The position numbers and the translations under genes were made by a program. From a virus: a DNA stretch of 64,000 bases. The stretch covers positions 1 through 64,000 of the IMG/VR virus record IMGVR_UViG_3300003690_000090; one strand, given 5' to 3'. Below are positions 9,201 through 17,331 of the stretch, piece after piece (positions within the stretch are counted from its first letter, which is position 1; each line of letters begins with the position of its first letter). The notes beneath the pieces were generated by a model. The model was not told the DNA's origin, made no database searches, and saw only the letters and a program-made list of their open reading frames with translations.

Positions 9201-11824
9201 TGGATGGCGCAGATTGGGTGAAGGGTCTTACCGATGCTGATCGGATTGCTCTCGGAGATGTGATTGGGCGTCTCGAAATGGCCATGTCGTCCTCCTACAA
9301 CAGAATCCTAGAGGTAGGCAGTTGGATTGCTGTAGCGGCAGGTGGAGAGCGTGACGCCTCGATTTTGGTAGGCATGTTGGACCACGAAAAGGCTGCTTTC
9401 TACAAGTGGTTTTACGATGGCAAATTCAGAGAGATATTTGATTATCTCTTGGAATATGGCCGTGAGACCGGCCATGTTGTCCACAAGTTCACCAGCTATC
9501 AGCCCAACCAGGCCCTGTTGAACATGATTGTTCGCTTGCGGGCCTATGAGCTCATGGGCAACGTGTCCAAAGACCTGGCCCGCTACGGATTGCTAGAAGA
9601 CGTGACCCAACTGGGCAAAGACTTGCCGCTATTTGATGCCGCCACAGGGGCATACACGGGGTTCCGTATAGACTCACATGTCGAAATGGTGCAGTTCTAC
9701 ATTCAAATGGAACTGAATTACCGAGCCACTGGGTTCCTCTACACAAAGACTGTGGATGTGTTTGATGATGCCGGTAAGGCGGTGATGGGTCCGGACGGAA
9801 AACAAAAAACCCGCACCATCCAGACCAACCGCCCGCCGCCAGCCCCCACTAGCAAAGAAGGCAAGTCGTTGTTGTCTCCAAAACGGGCTGAATACGCCAA
9901 GAGCCAGGGTTGGAAACAAGATCCTCGCATTCCTGGCAACTTCCACGAAATGGCTGCGTATACCGAAGCCATGGAAATTCTCGATCGTGCTGGAGTGAAG
10001 GTCTCCACAGAAGGTTGGGAGAGGGTCACGTTCCATGATGGAACAGAAGCTCTCATGCCGGCTGGTGCGGCGAGGGAGTACTACGATGCTCTTGACCGAT
10101 TGTCTGAAATCGGAACTGCTCGAGCAGGAGCTGCGCCAGCTCGGGCTTGGATGATCGGCAAAAAGGGGCGACAGGCGCTGGCGGAACGTCCTACCGGCGT
10201 TGAGGTAGAGCAGTGGAACAAGGTACTGGCAAAGGGCCAGCTGGGTAAAGTTATTGACGACCTAATGAAGATCTTCCCCATGACGGCCCGTCATACGAGG
10301 ATGGGCGTCACGACCGGTATTTTCCTGCCGAACCCGGCGTACTACTTTGGCGTGGCGATTGGTGCCTACTTCCAGTTGTACGAAGGCTTGGGGCCGTGGG
10401 GGGCTCTCCGGGCTGTTGCGAGCAATAATGAAATGACCATGGCGCTTGTGGCGCGTATGTACAAGGAAGGGAAATACAAGCGGTACGCAAATCCAATTGT
10501 GTCAAAAACGGGCGAAACGCTGACTGTGGATCTTATGGAACAAGAGGTCCACGTTCATGGCATGAAGTCTAGCTACGCCTACGCAGAAACTGCGCAGGGT
10601 GTTGAAACCTTGATGCACAAGACTATTCGTGATGCTCGGGCTGGGCTGTTTGGTAAAACCATGCGGAAGGTGTTCGACCAAGAACGCCTAATCGAAACCT
10701 CTACCGCTATTGACAACTACTTCCGTGTTTCGGCCTACTTGGATGCACGCGTAAGAGGCATGTCTGCAACAAAATCAGCCGAGCTCGCAAGGAAGACCGG
10801 GTTTGACTACGCGGCATTGACCGAGTTCGAAAAGAAGTACATGCGGAGCACGATTCTGTTCTATTCCTACTTCAGGAAGAACATGGATCTCTTCTGGGAC
10901 ACGCTTCTTACAAACCCGGAGCGCATCATTGGCCAGCTGCGCCTGGTCCGTGGCATCCAGCAGATTGCGCTCGAAGACGACCCCGAGGTCGTTCTCAGGT
11001 CTTACGCACAAACCAGGCTACCAGTTTGGTTCAAAAAGGCTGCAGCCAATACGCATGTACAGAACCAGTGGATGTACATAGTTCCACCGCTTCCTTACGA
11101 TGACGCGATGATGTGGCCAATCGATTTATTCGATGCCCTCAGGGGAGAAAACGAGGCCATTCGGAGTTTGGTCGGACACGTTGCGCCGTGGTGGCAGGCG
11201 CCATTCGTATTTGCCCAGGAGAAGGACCTCTTCTGGGGCAAAGAGTTGGAACTCTACAACAGGGTGCCCACCTGGTTGGTCGAGTGGGACTTGAACATGA
11301 CTGGTGGAATGCTGGTCAAAGACGTTTTCGATGTCCAACTGAGAGCTCATGCAGACCCAAACAAGGCAGATGCGCCAGGCATGGACCGCTGGTACCACGC
11401 GAGAAACGGCAAGGCTTGGTGGATTTGGCGAAACCTGCTGCAATTCCCCACTGCTGGCCGGTCCATGGACACCATCAGTTCCCTTGATCGGGCCAATATC
11501 GGGGCTGTAGAGTGGATGAACGCCAAGACGAAAGAGCTGGGCAGGGGTTGGGATCCGGCTTCTGCAGCAAAAATGCGCCCGTCTGACTTCAATGAAGACA
11601 CCATGTCGCCACGGCGAGGCCTGGAATGGTACGACGAACTCCTTGGGTTGATTGGAATTCGCCCCTTGGTGGTTGAGCATGGCGACATTGTCAGCAAACG
11701 GAAAAAGCAGCGCCACATCGCAGCACTTAGACAGGCAACGTCAAGAGCGGAGCTTTCCGATCCCTACAGATACGAGGGTGGTATTCTCAGTTACGTTGGA
11801 CCAGGCTTCAAACCACCCAAGTAG
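242..11824 (+). CDS. Giant (3860 aa) internal virion/ejection-type polyvalent protein with zincin-like metallopeptidase domains
   Basis: Uninterrupted 11.6-kb ORF; HELAH (5192-5206) and HEFTH (5816-5830) motifs; Gly/Ala-rich hydrophobic stretch near the N-terminus; C-terminal FDYAALTEFEKKYMRSTILFYSYFRKN segment resembles large phage internal proteins. Function inferred. Confidence 0.75.
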   Translation: MPRQTDDQILERYLTEGTRPVTREQAEEAIRIASEYEYLGAKPELDEEEPGEEPEEGPIDSRISRIPNEPTTLERAEVKSALRAATRADTERTPGVTPAEARRRMDSIDNRMEFYPWGHAPTLPDPPSVERVRELLPEDPDDRPAGGPNLREVRTPSVRKIIEAIDSGASDEEVEKLIGEAPISAWPDEILMTRGLMQAWGRATGPRTIEMPRTSFQRTPEVRWALKREKERYFREMLKDEGASTAMSVVWASNVTMSLEEAEKLKLYLPDAPQYDGWATAVSTLSGAGAGILSGSGVTRSLMSKIPGGTTSMSQAARFVGSKVLPRLIVAGAAAVEGGTAGAATGTPMGIAAGAIIGGAIGWASGKVYGEMTRGGEDFWKPVPAFGKAAQDDGWYFALPAGLVNLSSRAQIKLGFGTQNLIPLFLSGDDAERFRAEIARSRPTESFEQIVRELQTAKENGMSDEEIRTNLGPTLGGMVANNAWVDLPPEMRLGNLSTTKMIRWARLNPQAADDKSRPGLARIVDVINNDAYSDTTLLNALESVALGQLPEAVWHKAIPPTESMADAVLIAAGLTIEAIEATGGGAAGSRGFEQTFGRLMLRTEIRDGQPEIVEGSVGQVMRVVGAATEFYAELPIPYITPAGRDFQRSGTTMIRSPDSTYLSRILANIETGEMGFARHMTDDALARGHERGSMQYDVLGALGLLLDWTVYWERPFIASVGIPTGIGVRAHRLSKDFTSKEWALSERARMIAGGSSSWLFVKTLNPDALPVQAAINRLEDLIPGEKTLADVEAALARTAEGSLGGVERKVAQQVRDHMEGTGETYAEALNTVDKAMDADVPTVVRYLMETAVRNAIRRGDTDIWDLIPKKWHDSLRAVLKNSGQDDPTGLINEINLVSQKNGRLHLAGLERLMSEGDPGTQQLRTTPEYIRVKEGMQALVEAGDIEQHHAAWILGLMEQNAWRMAVDEDVTAIKTPVDWFRAIEVRRRGKPPEPPDDVGGGPGEPGVVPEPPRVEEPELPLPRVEEAEAPPVEEMPPASELLAGEGGLTGIYKFDKGSWQPIKARPAPLSPDAPLFSSVPRKLEHVSWEGESFGWRLPTGEGLDFPPDMQALGVEIAQQPGRKDILQALGLNQKEARYVRRLEAERPGEGRPVGLAWFTSDDLAGLRGGTLYGSLQKLTKGIRDSAQNATEARIEIVYADVLEKAVTAQERKIILDDFGDRATRLWGQRNETAPSAMVTIMPGRASEIGSYTHLADDLYGLPTKTKSIETEDGYTIVLAEPHPRWAKERVKAEAPPPRVEEPEAPTIEEVPTPKVKVKVSEPEDVPDKVRSVPVGQTLRERAMGVLKKDLSKMKKARLVKIIEDLVIIPYKDAAELKQHSRDELAGAVQRWAELYGRYPILTGKEAPGPVESGAANFQRRMAMSHIDQMSFDGHISTEGTAILHKVMDRLPSEWFERVDFRGIEDPDMLEDRRVFGKTRLKRAADSQLDDAALVQQLKAITTIQTRKATKLNQATAKKMAGKSGDELLLELSTMIDENLLRLADEKAFVNNAGFRLDDDTDFMKAATPYFVEIARRLFEDPDVKIRHGWSGMQEMLQDYARQGKIPASLVSVGFEGSILRSNSQIETILSSITNEFMGFHDKDVLVFHVLHELAHTLMKNILTDDELSAMRRAFDVHRKAGFKGWHRREDVAVVKQKSIEPVFNEWAADMLASNLLGHRGFDELMAAIEADEFGDVAASPMAVDVPGREVGVGDLSRQQLEDQLKTFDGNGQQIAEWLSENVDDPSFKVILNRIIPHLEDTEVKIVNKGDPVPGDVVRLGLASGSARGVAIAPKGEAPTVWLRGADLNHSGVSSETITHEFTHAATTKRMNDGNLVANRGTALHKAVVDLEELTDVIIKERNALVKAGKTPVGMALEGMRLNTAKEVVAWGLTNKEFQAWLRTIKVEGNKTAFTRFVELIRDLLGIEAKETNALTEVIRLTDDLLTADVAGLPARRWTAPISFSAQVREIFQGLFERIASILKRTYGDEGIIKSLDIDKDVAEYFTDFVDRLMKGEVEVENIRRIYERRSNEPRMLFSISSSKRMRPLRDVSDVEPAKMTREELDQAVQDAGFIDLPDAKRAMQDAYLPFEEYEHVYAVSRQGLGPEDIWDIPVSGKTAARVNDLRKQWESLTDDIMIRHQEGRLDGLEEMEAEAGGLLDSLHAAVAELQTDRDGISSSGWVGTEESLFKIYQEFLNSREDPKARLQAVGHRRAEAMKDKPMSKKEYDSYFAERVRSIIKSSPAAPGGETVLPMPQLAKLQAKALLNRAKKSWEKRSEVKKKNPQAENFVDEHALSAWNLQRIQVNRLPAEVQAALELTVRDAGGPRAPKPEIPGESTPPKPFEILFHGPKGEERGFFSFDFETYQALIDVLKYGNYETLVRGNALLFSKFMGDKWTQGFIKHFENVKDDAGRVTLTERGERQAARAFGYYIRSATSPHGGLKRYFDQAYITLQDYWAKIRGQVSILPPEVRNFFDQFLRPELRYEGDAIKLTENITREPPLVRLPETAAERLREEIQPRMAKRRAFWAVNTDPRVVRAELGIQEGQTHIDPVDLLVAAVGYVAAENAKKLLGPGRIFMMTPRSMVPESRRRAVLERLSAKLHASIGTNTPKWNKVTDDIPDSERPTLPTGRRWRKEKEAHLDFGGESGWHELDPAQQAGMKVLAQDLARHPMGNIVPDRFLVPDADLSTIFVDEWASIIEAVIDIEAGVGARRAHYSEAINPTQATALWMALKSGVVDLSDASNSVDGLVKNLRRMFKLEEFAGGKLGPLFRTVFEKNIRMMELAPREILALAKTALEGKKELSLQGIFLALKDTLRPPVDTSVVDDIVGTIDLKHIDRTMDHKSTGLLSLLREWTGAEKAHLYGEGTEKTSAFLRGEEQMGPGYHFATTEELQGMSKVEYIVSSHHQFERILAASNRYTDEQRINILQPLRRYAMDLEEARARGVDGADWVKGLTDADRIALGDVIGRLEMAMSSSYNRILEVGSWIAVAAGGERDASILVGMLDHEKAAFYKWFYDGKFREIFDYLLEYGRETGHVVHKFTSYQPNQALLNMIVRLRAYELMGNVSKDLARYGLLEDVTQLGKDLPLFDAATGAYTGFRIDSHVEMVQFYIQMELNYRATGFLYTKTVDVFDDAGKAVMGPDGKQKTRTIQTNRPPPAPTSKEGKSLLSPKRAEYAKSQGWKQDPRIPGNFHEMAAYTEAMEILDRAGVKVSTEGWERVTFHDGTEALMPAGAAREYYDALDRLSEIGTARAGAAPARAWMIGKKGRQALAERPTGVEVEQWNKVLAKGQLGKVIDDLMKIFPMTARHTRMGVTTGIFLPNPAYYFGVAIGAYFQLYEGLGPWGALRAVASNNEMTMALVARMYKEGKYKRYANPIVSKTGETLTVDLMEQEVHVHGMKSSYAYAETAQGVETLMHKTIRDARAGLFGKTMRKVFDQERLIETSTAIDNYFRVSAYLDARVRGMSATKSAELARKTGFDYAALTEFEKKYMRSTILFYSYFRKNMDLFWDTLLTNPERIIGQLRLVRGIQQIALEDDPEVVLRSYAQTRLPVWFKKAAANTHVQNQWMYIVPPLPYDDAMMWPIDLFDALRGENEAIRSLVGHVAPWWQAPFVFAQEKDLFWGKELELYNRVPTWLVEWDLNMTGGMLVKDVFDVQLRAHADPNKADAPGMDRWYHARNGKAWWIWRNLLQFPTAGRSMDTISSLDRANIGAVEWMNAKTKELGRGWDPASAAKMRPSDFNEDTMSPRRGLEWYDELLGLIGIRPLVVEHGDIVSKRKKQRHIAALRQATSRAELSDPYRYEGGILSYVGPGFKPPK

Positions 11825-11895
11825 TCTGCCTGATTCCTTTCACCGTGATATCCTTCTTTCGAATCACCACGTCTACTTTCTAGGAGACCACTACC

Positions 11896-12642
11896 ATGTC
11901 CCAACTTCCTGAACTTATGGGCGGACGCAGCCTGACTCATGACGCCATTAGCACTGGCTGGTACACCAAGGGGGTTGGCGACAAAGTTCAAATCTTTTCC
12001 GACTTTTTCGGTGGTGGCGCACTGCCGCTTGCTACCGCTGGTGGCGAGGGGTTCGTGAACCACGACACCTCGAGTTCCGGTGCGCCCACTTTCGCGTTTC
12101 AGGGTACTGCCGATGGCATCTACAGGATGCAGTTCGCTTCCACCAGTGAGGCCGAGCACCTGGCCACCTATCTTGGTGATGCGGTTTGCATTCCTCCCAC
12201 AGCAAAGGCAGTTTTCGAATGCCGTATCGCCATCACAGGCACACTCAGTGCCGATGACCGCGTTGTGTTCGGCCTTGCATCCGCTCGGAACGCCACCCTT
12301 GACAACATTGTTGACCACGTCTGGTTTCGCATGGAAGCTGCCAACAACAACATCCTGATTGAGGGTGACGACGGCACAAACGACAATGACGACAACGACA
12401 CTGGCGTTGATTGGGTCAGCGGCACCTACGTCAAGCTCAAGATCGACATGAGCGACACCAGCGACGTCAAGTTCTACATTGATGGCCAGGTGGTAGACCT
12501 GACATCCCACGAGAAGATTGATGTCTCCAATGCAGTGGCTGGCGATCTTCTGCAGCCGTACATCGAGATGCAGAAAGACTCCGGCACCGTCACTCACATT
12601 GTGGACATCGACTACATTTCAGTCCTTTGGGACCGCTCCTGA
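11896..12642 (+). CDS. Virion structural protein, beta-rich (ConA/LamG-like)
   Basis: AGGAG RBS; beta-strand pattern (YVKLKID, VKFYIDG, VDIDYISV); structural-module context. Confidence 0.6.
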   Translation: MSQLPELMGGRSLTHDAISTGWYTKGVGDKVQIFSDFFGGGALPLATAGGEGFVNHDTSSSGAPTFAFQGTADGIYRMQFASTSEAEHLATYLGDAVCIPPTAKAVFECRIAITGTLSADDRVVFGLASARNATLDNIVDHVWFRMEAANNNILIEGDDGTNDNDDNDTGVDWVSGTYVKLKIDMSDTSDVKFYIDGQVVDLTSHEKIDVSNAVAGDLLQPYIEMQKDSGTVTHIVDIDYISVLWDRS

Positions 12643-12671
12643 TCATTCCACCCTCTAACTAGGAGGCCGGA

Positions 12672-13100
12672 ATGCAGGGCTTCATTTGCAACGCCAATGC
12701 GACGACTGAAATCGTGGCTACCTACGGAAACGGTCTTCTTCTTGAGGCAAACACCGTTGACGCCAAGTCTCGAGCGATGCCGCAGTCATGCTATTTGTCG
12801 CACCTGGACTTGTCTCTCACCAATGCGAACTCCGCTGCCACCGTCTCTTGCTTTCTGACTTGGGACACCGGTAAGGACCACCCGATGACTGGTGAGGCCA
12901 CTGGTCAGAAGCTGAGCGCGGGAAGCACGAGTAATCTCAAGCATGTCTCGATTGCGCTGGATGCTTCTGTGACAGCTCCTACCGCGCAGACGACAGCTGG
13001 GAAGTGCTACCTGTGGGTCCTGGTCGATAACGCTACGGGAAGCCCAGAGATCGCCACGGCCAGGCTGCACTGGGCTGATTCAAGAGCTGGCAACCACTAG
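12672..13100 (+). CDS. Small putative structural protein
   Basis: AGGAGG RBS; Thr/Ala/Ser-rich beta composition; co-oriented operon. Confidence 0.55.
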   Translation: MQGFICNANATTEIVATYGNGLLLEANTVDAKSRAMPQSCYLSHLDLSLTNANSAATVSCFLTWDTGKDHPMTGEATGQKLSAGSTSNLKHVSIALDASVTAPTAQTTAGKCYLWVLVDNATGSPEIATARLHWADSRAGNH

Positions 13101-13108
13101 GGGGTAGC

Positions 13109-13756
13109 ATGGGTTTCAACAGTCCGTTCAACAGCAGCGGTGGGGCACAGATTCTCACCGACCTCGAGGTCGATGGCACCACCCTCGTGGTTGATGAGGT
13201 CAACAACCGGGTTGGTGTCGGGGTTGCAGCACCAACCTATGCCCTTGAGGTCGCCGGTAATGTTGGGTTCGACGAGTATCTGTACCACAACGACGACCCC
13301 GACACGTACATAAGACTCAAGGTTGATGCTTTTGATATCGCTTGTGGTGGACTCCTGCTGGCTAGTTACTACGAGACGGACGGGAGTGATTTCATCCATT
13401 TCAACATCAATAATTCGGATGTCAACTTCGCGGTTGATACGTCTGGAGTCGGCACTGCTGGAAACTTTACGTTTTTTGTTGATGGTGGCCTAAATAAGAT
13501 TGGAATGGGCACGAACACCCCCAAGACCAAGCTGACGATTGTGGGGGCGATTACTCTTGTAGAGCAAGCCGAGGCCGATACAAGCGTTGCGACCTACGGG
13601 CAGATTTGGGTGAACACGGCTACGCCAAACGAACTCTACTTCACGACAGATGCCGGGGATGATATCCAGCTTACGTCTGGTACTGCTGTCGCGGGTGGTG
13701 GTGGCGCAGATGCCAACGACCTGGATCACATCCTTCACCAACAAGTTTTCTCTTAG
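13109..13756 (+). CDS. Tail-fibre-like protein
   Basis: Repeated fibre-shaft motifs NRVGVGVAAPTYALEVAG and NKIGMGTNTPKTKLTIVG. Confidence 0.65.
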   Translation: MGFNSPFNSSGGAQILTDLEVDGTTLVVDEVNNRVGVGVAAPTYALEVAGNVGFDEYLYHNDDPDTYIRLKVDAFDIACGGLLLASYYETDGSDFIHFNINNSDVNFAVDTSGVGTAGNFTFFVDGGLNKIGMGTNTPKTKLTIVGAITLVEQAEADTSVATYGQIWVNTATPNELYFTTDAGDDIQLTSGTAVAGGGGADANDLDHILHQQVFS

Positions 13757-13765
13757 GATTTCATC

Positions 13766-14125
13766 ATGGCAGTATTGAAGAAACAGGAACTATCTGGGGG
13801 CGCTGATGGCATCGGTGTCAAGGTGGTCGCTACCGCATCAGCGGGCACCGTTATTCACACGGCTGACAGCACAACCACTGCGAATCTCTACGATGAGATT
13901 TGGTTGTATGCCACCAATACACACACCGGAACGGTGGTGTTGACTCTTCAGTTTGGCGGTGTCGTAGCGGTGACGAATGATATCAAGCATGTCATAAATC
14001 CTAACGAAACCGTCTTGGTGTGCCCTGGTTTTATCTTGCAGAACAGTCTCATTGTCAAAGCATACGCCAGCGAGGCGAATGTGGTCAGCATCCATGGATT
14101 CGTGAACAGGATTGCTGCCTCGTGA
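13766..14125 (+). CDS. Small structural protein (paralog of 22573..22995)
   Basis: Motifs GTVIHT, DEIWLYATN, PG, IHGFVNRI shared with the 140-aa minus-strand ORF. Confidence 0.7.
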   Translation: MAVLKKQELSGGADGIGVKVVATASAGTVIHTADSTTTANLYDEIWLYATNTHTGTVVLTLQFGGVVAVTNDIKHVINPNETVLVCPGFILQNSLIVKAYASEANVVSIHGFVNRIAAS

Positions 14126-15078
14126 GCCGACGATCACGAAAGCCAGGACCAATCAAAGAGGGGCCGACCGCTTCTGGGAGGCGGTTATTCGTGCCGGGAA
14201 TCGCTCCATGGATTTCAGTCAATCCGGTTCCTGGTGGTGTCTTGCCCACCGATGTCGGTGGCCTTACGAGTGACGACATTGACAATGGGACTCCGGGCCT
14301 TTGGTATTATTATGACCCGAATGAGACCATCGACATTAGTGGGCATGGAAGCGATTGGATTACCCAAGACTCGAATGGCGTCGAGTTTTATGGCGTCTTC
14401 GATCTGCTGAAGGATGCGAAGTATTCGTATAACTACTCCCAAGGTGGTCGAGTTTCTACTGCGTTGATGAAACCTGATGGTAGTGGTCAGTTCCAGTTTG
14501 GTGACCTGGCCGGGTTTCGTATTGAGTTTCTGATTGAGGCTGGCGAGACTCAACCGCATGCCGAAAATCAGGACATCGGTGTCTTTGTGGGCCTGTCTGA
14601 CAAGACGGTAATGAGTACCGTAAATGGTCGAGACACCTTTGGTCTTGGCGCATGGTACGAAAGCACCAGTGCTGGCGGGGCTGGGGTAGAAGCCAAATCA
14701 TGGAATCCGCATACTCACCAAAACCATACAGGAAGTACCCTCCGAAAGCATTGGGCAGGCTTCAACTTCTGGCTACAGGATGACGATGAGGTTGATTGTG
14801 GCTACCATTTGTTTACCAGTCTGGATGCAGATGGAGAGCATAACAACGTAAGGCAAGCCAAGCTCCACGGAAGCGAGAAGATGGCTCTTACAGATAAGGT
14901 TTACCTAACGGTTGGAGTTCATAGTTACACCAATGCTGGTAGTGGCGATGGCGTCAAGGTGACTGGTGCTTGGAAGATTTGGTACAGAATCACTTGGAGC
15001 CCAAAGGGCATCTCTCCAGATTACATCGCTGGCGGAAACAATATCAATTCGGGTTTTAGCTCTGGGTATTTTGATTGA
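14122..15078 (+). CDS. Putative receptor-binding/tail-associated protein
   Basis: Likely GTG start overlapping the upstream TGA (GTGA); aromatic, beta-rich sequence downstream of fibre genes. Confidence 0.5.
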   Translation: MSRRSRKPGPIKEGPTASGRRLFVPGIAPWISVNPVPGGVLPTDVGGLTSDDIDNGTPGLWYYYDPNETIDISGHGSDWITQDSNGVEFYGVFDLLKDAKYSYNYSQGGRVSTALMKPDGSGQFQFGDLAGFRIEFLIEAGETQPHAENQDIGVFVGLSDKTVMSTVNGRDTFGLGAWYESTSAGGAGVEAKSWNPHTHQNHTGSTLRKHWAGFNFWLQDDDEVDCGYHLFTSLDADGEHNNVRQAKLHGSEKMALTDKVYLTVGVHSYTNAGSGDGVKVTGAWKIWYRITWSPKGISPDYIAGGNNINSGFSSGYFD

Positions 15079-15383
15079 TGGCTTCTTCACTTTCCAGGGA
15101 TGGTGTGCTGAAAGCGGCTGTTTGGCTGGTGCCGATCATCTTCACAGCAGGTGGGTTGATGTGGCAGTCGGGCGAGGTACGTGCCGACCTGGCCTCGCTT
15201 GGTGGTGACTTCGATGCCCATGAGAAGATAGAGGCGCACCCGATTGCTACCGTACAGTTGGAAGAACACCGCGCTGTTCTGGAAACACTCATGGTAGAAC
15301 AGAAGGCGATGAGAACTGAACAGACCGAACAGGCTGTGAACATCTCCGCTATCTGCCAGGCGACTGGCGCGAGGTGTAGATAA
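15078..15383 (+). CDS. Membrane protein with one TM helix plus coiled coil (holin/spanin-like)
   Basis: AAVWLVPIIFTAGGLMW hydrophobic segment; TGATG coupling; upstream of endolysin. Confidence 0.5.
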   Translation: MASSLSRDGVLKAAVWLVPIIFTAGGLMWQSGEVRADLASLGGDFDAHEKIEAHPIATVQLEEHRAVLETLMVEQKAMRTEQTEQAVNISAICQATGARCR

Positions 15384-15772
15384 TGGCTGTCACGACTACC
15401 ACTGGGCTTGATCTGAATACACACGTCATCAAGAGCTCGGATATCGACGCAACGGTGGCCGACGACATCAAGCTATCCTCCGGTACACTCCATGCGGTTT
15501 CGCTGTCTGCTGCCACAAATGGCGGAACAGAGACTGGCTACATCAAGATCACCTTGACGGACAAAACAATCGTTGTTGCAACCGATGAGCCAGACATCAA
15601 GTTCCCCCTTCAGGAGGGGGGTGTCATTTCAGTCGATGTTACTGATGCGTCTACCAGCTCTACTGGTGGCGTGGCGTTTGATACTCTTGGTGTGTGGCAA
15701 GTCAGTGCTGCCGCCAAGGCCGGCGATACCGCTATTGGCGATACCATCACTGGTTGGTTCACGGTCAAGTAA
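15383..15772 (+). CDS. Small beta-sandwich protein, paralog family copy A
   Basis: Aligns by eye with 15772, 16542 and 16914 proteins. Confidence 0.65.
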   Translation: MAVTTTTGLDLNTHVIKSSDIDATVADDIKLSSGTLHAVSLSAATNGGTETGYIKITLTDKTIVVATDEPDIKFPLQEGGVISVDVTDASTSSTGGVAFDTLGVWQVSAAAKAGDTAIGDTITGWFTVK

Positions 15773-16167
15773 TGGCAACTTCAAAAACCACAGCTCTTAG
15801 TCCTCTTGCCACCTTCATGTGGAAAGACACTGCGGCTACAACCACCGTAGTTACGGTGACCGGCGCCACCAGCGGCTCACTGTTGCAGGCTGATATCGAC
15901 AACCAGGTGGGCAGTGTTGCTGTCTTTTTGAAGATGGCGTTCCCAAGCTCTGGCACGCCATCTGCCGGCTCTACCCCGGCAGACATTCAGTTCTATGCGC
16001 CTGCCGGTAAGCGCATTATCTATTCAATCCCACAAGGGATTCCATTGACTTGGATCAACGGTAGCGGTCAGCTGTACTACTGGGCCTCCACAAGCAATTC
16101 CGAGGCGAGCTCGGCAGCACCTACTTCTGGCGAAGAACCCACGGTGCGTATTACTATGACGTCGTGA
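15772..16167 (+). CDS. Small beta-sandwich protein, paralog family copy B
   Basis: ATG 15772 overlaps upstream TAA; MATSKTT... start matches paralog N-termini. Confidence 0.65.
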   Translation: MATSKTTALSPLATFMWKDTAATTTVVTVTGATSGSLLQADIDNQVGSVAVFLKMAFPSSGTPSAGSTPADIQFYAPAGKRIIYSIPQGIPLTWINGSGQLYYWASTSNSEASSAAPTSGEEPTVRITMTS

Positions 16168-16185
16168 TTTCGCGGAGGTGATGCA

Positions 16186-16512
16186 GTGGAAGAAGTCACC
16201 TCATGGACGAATGTAATATCTGACGCAGGCATGGCTGGGGCGTTTATCGTATTCCTGGTCTATGACCGCCGTGAGCAAGCAAAGCGCATGGACGAGTATG
16301 TCAATCGCTTGCTCGAGACCCTGGCAAATATCGAGAGCGAGCGCGAGGCAGGATTCGAAACCATCAGGGACAGATACGATCAGGTCATAGAAAAATATGA
16401 CCGTGAGCGCGATAAGCTTCTGATCGATATTTCTGGTAAGATCGAAGAGATTTCGAAGGCAATACACGAAGTTTTCGAGGAAATAGAGCGGCCTGGTCGG
16501 GGCGGCTCATGA
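16186..16512 (+). CDS. Holin-like protein (single TM plus charged coiled coil)
   Basis: GGAGGTG RBS; AGMAGAFIVFLVY TM segment; lysis-region context. Confidence 0.55.
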   Translation: MEEVTSWTNVISDAGMAGAFIVFLVYDRREQAKRMDEYVNRLLETLANIESEREAGFETIRDRYDQVIEKYDRERDKLLIDISGKIEEISKAIHEVFEEIERPGRGGS

Positions 16513-16541
16513 TAAGAATCGGTAATGTCCAGAGGTAGATC

Positions 16542-16910
16542 ATGGCAACTTACGCTAGCAATCAGACAACCTCGATTAGTGCCGATATCATTTACGATTC
16601 GGCAGTGGTGTCCACTGCGGCTGTAGAGAATGTCACTGGTGGATCTGGTACCTGGTACACGGTTTTCATGAAGAACACAGATTCCGAGCTGGTGTACCTG
16701 CATCTTCATGATGCAACGACCCTCGACGCTGGAAATGATGAGCCAAACTGGATTCTCCAGTGCCCAGGAAGCGACTCTGTTTGCTGGACCGTGCCTGACG
16801 GCGTGACCTTTTCAAATGGCCTGAGTTACACCGCTTCTACATCCGCAGGAAAAACGGTTGGAGGAGCTATTGCCACGCTGACGATGTGGATCGTCATAAA
16901 GAGGGATTGA
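16542..16910 (+). CDS. Small beta-sandwich protein, paralog family copy C
   Basis: GAGGT RBS; SGTWY..N...VYLHLHD...EP...PDGVTFSNGLS pattern. Confidence 0.65.
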   Translation: MATYASNQTTSISADIIYDSAVVSTAAVENVTGGSGTWYTVFMKNTDSELVYLHLHDATTLDAGNDEPNWILQCPGSDSVCWTVPDGVTFSNGLSYTASTSAGKTVGGAIATLTMWIVIKRD

Positions 16911-16913
16911 GCT

Positions 16914-17324
16914 ATGGCTTCTACGTTCATTGTAAAACGGGAAAATTCCACCGCTCACATTGCCTACGAGGTGGTTGACACCGACGTAGACGAGGTCAGC
17001 AACAACGATCTTACCGGCACCGTGGGGGGCCTTGGGTTGGTAATGTACGAGATCGACAATACTGGCAATACCAGTACTGCAGTCCACCTGAAGGTGTACG
17101 ACGGCGCTGACCCGGCTGATGATGGTTCGGACGCCGTCCCCACTTGTCTTCGGGTTCAGGGGGGCGTGAAGCGCCAGTTCATTGGACTGAATGCAAGCGC
17201 TGCGGCTGCGAGCGCAACTCATGGAAATCTTTCGTTGCGATGCGTGACGGAGGCTGGTTCTGCTGGCACTACCGCCCCCACGGCAGCTGTGACGGTGCGC
17301 ATTCTCATCAAGGACATGTCGTAG
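16914..17324 (+). CDS. Small beta-sandwich protein, paralog family copy D
   Basis: EIDNTGN..AVHLKVYD and C-terminal APTAAVTVRI match copy B. Confidence 0.65.
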   Translation: MASTFIVKRENSTAHIAYEVVDTDVDEVSNNDLTGTVGGLGLVMYEIDNTGNTSTAVHLKVYDGADPADDGSDAVPTCLRVQGGVKRQFIGLNASAAAASATHGNLSLRCVTEAGSAGTTAPTAAVTVRILIKDMS

Positions 17325-17331
17325 GTACATC

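Noticed and set aside
13109-17324. Diversity-generating retroelement acting on tail genes
   Set aside because: No reverse transcriptase motif and no template/variable repeat pair noticed.
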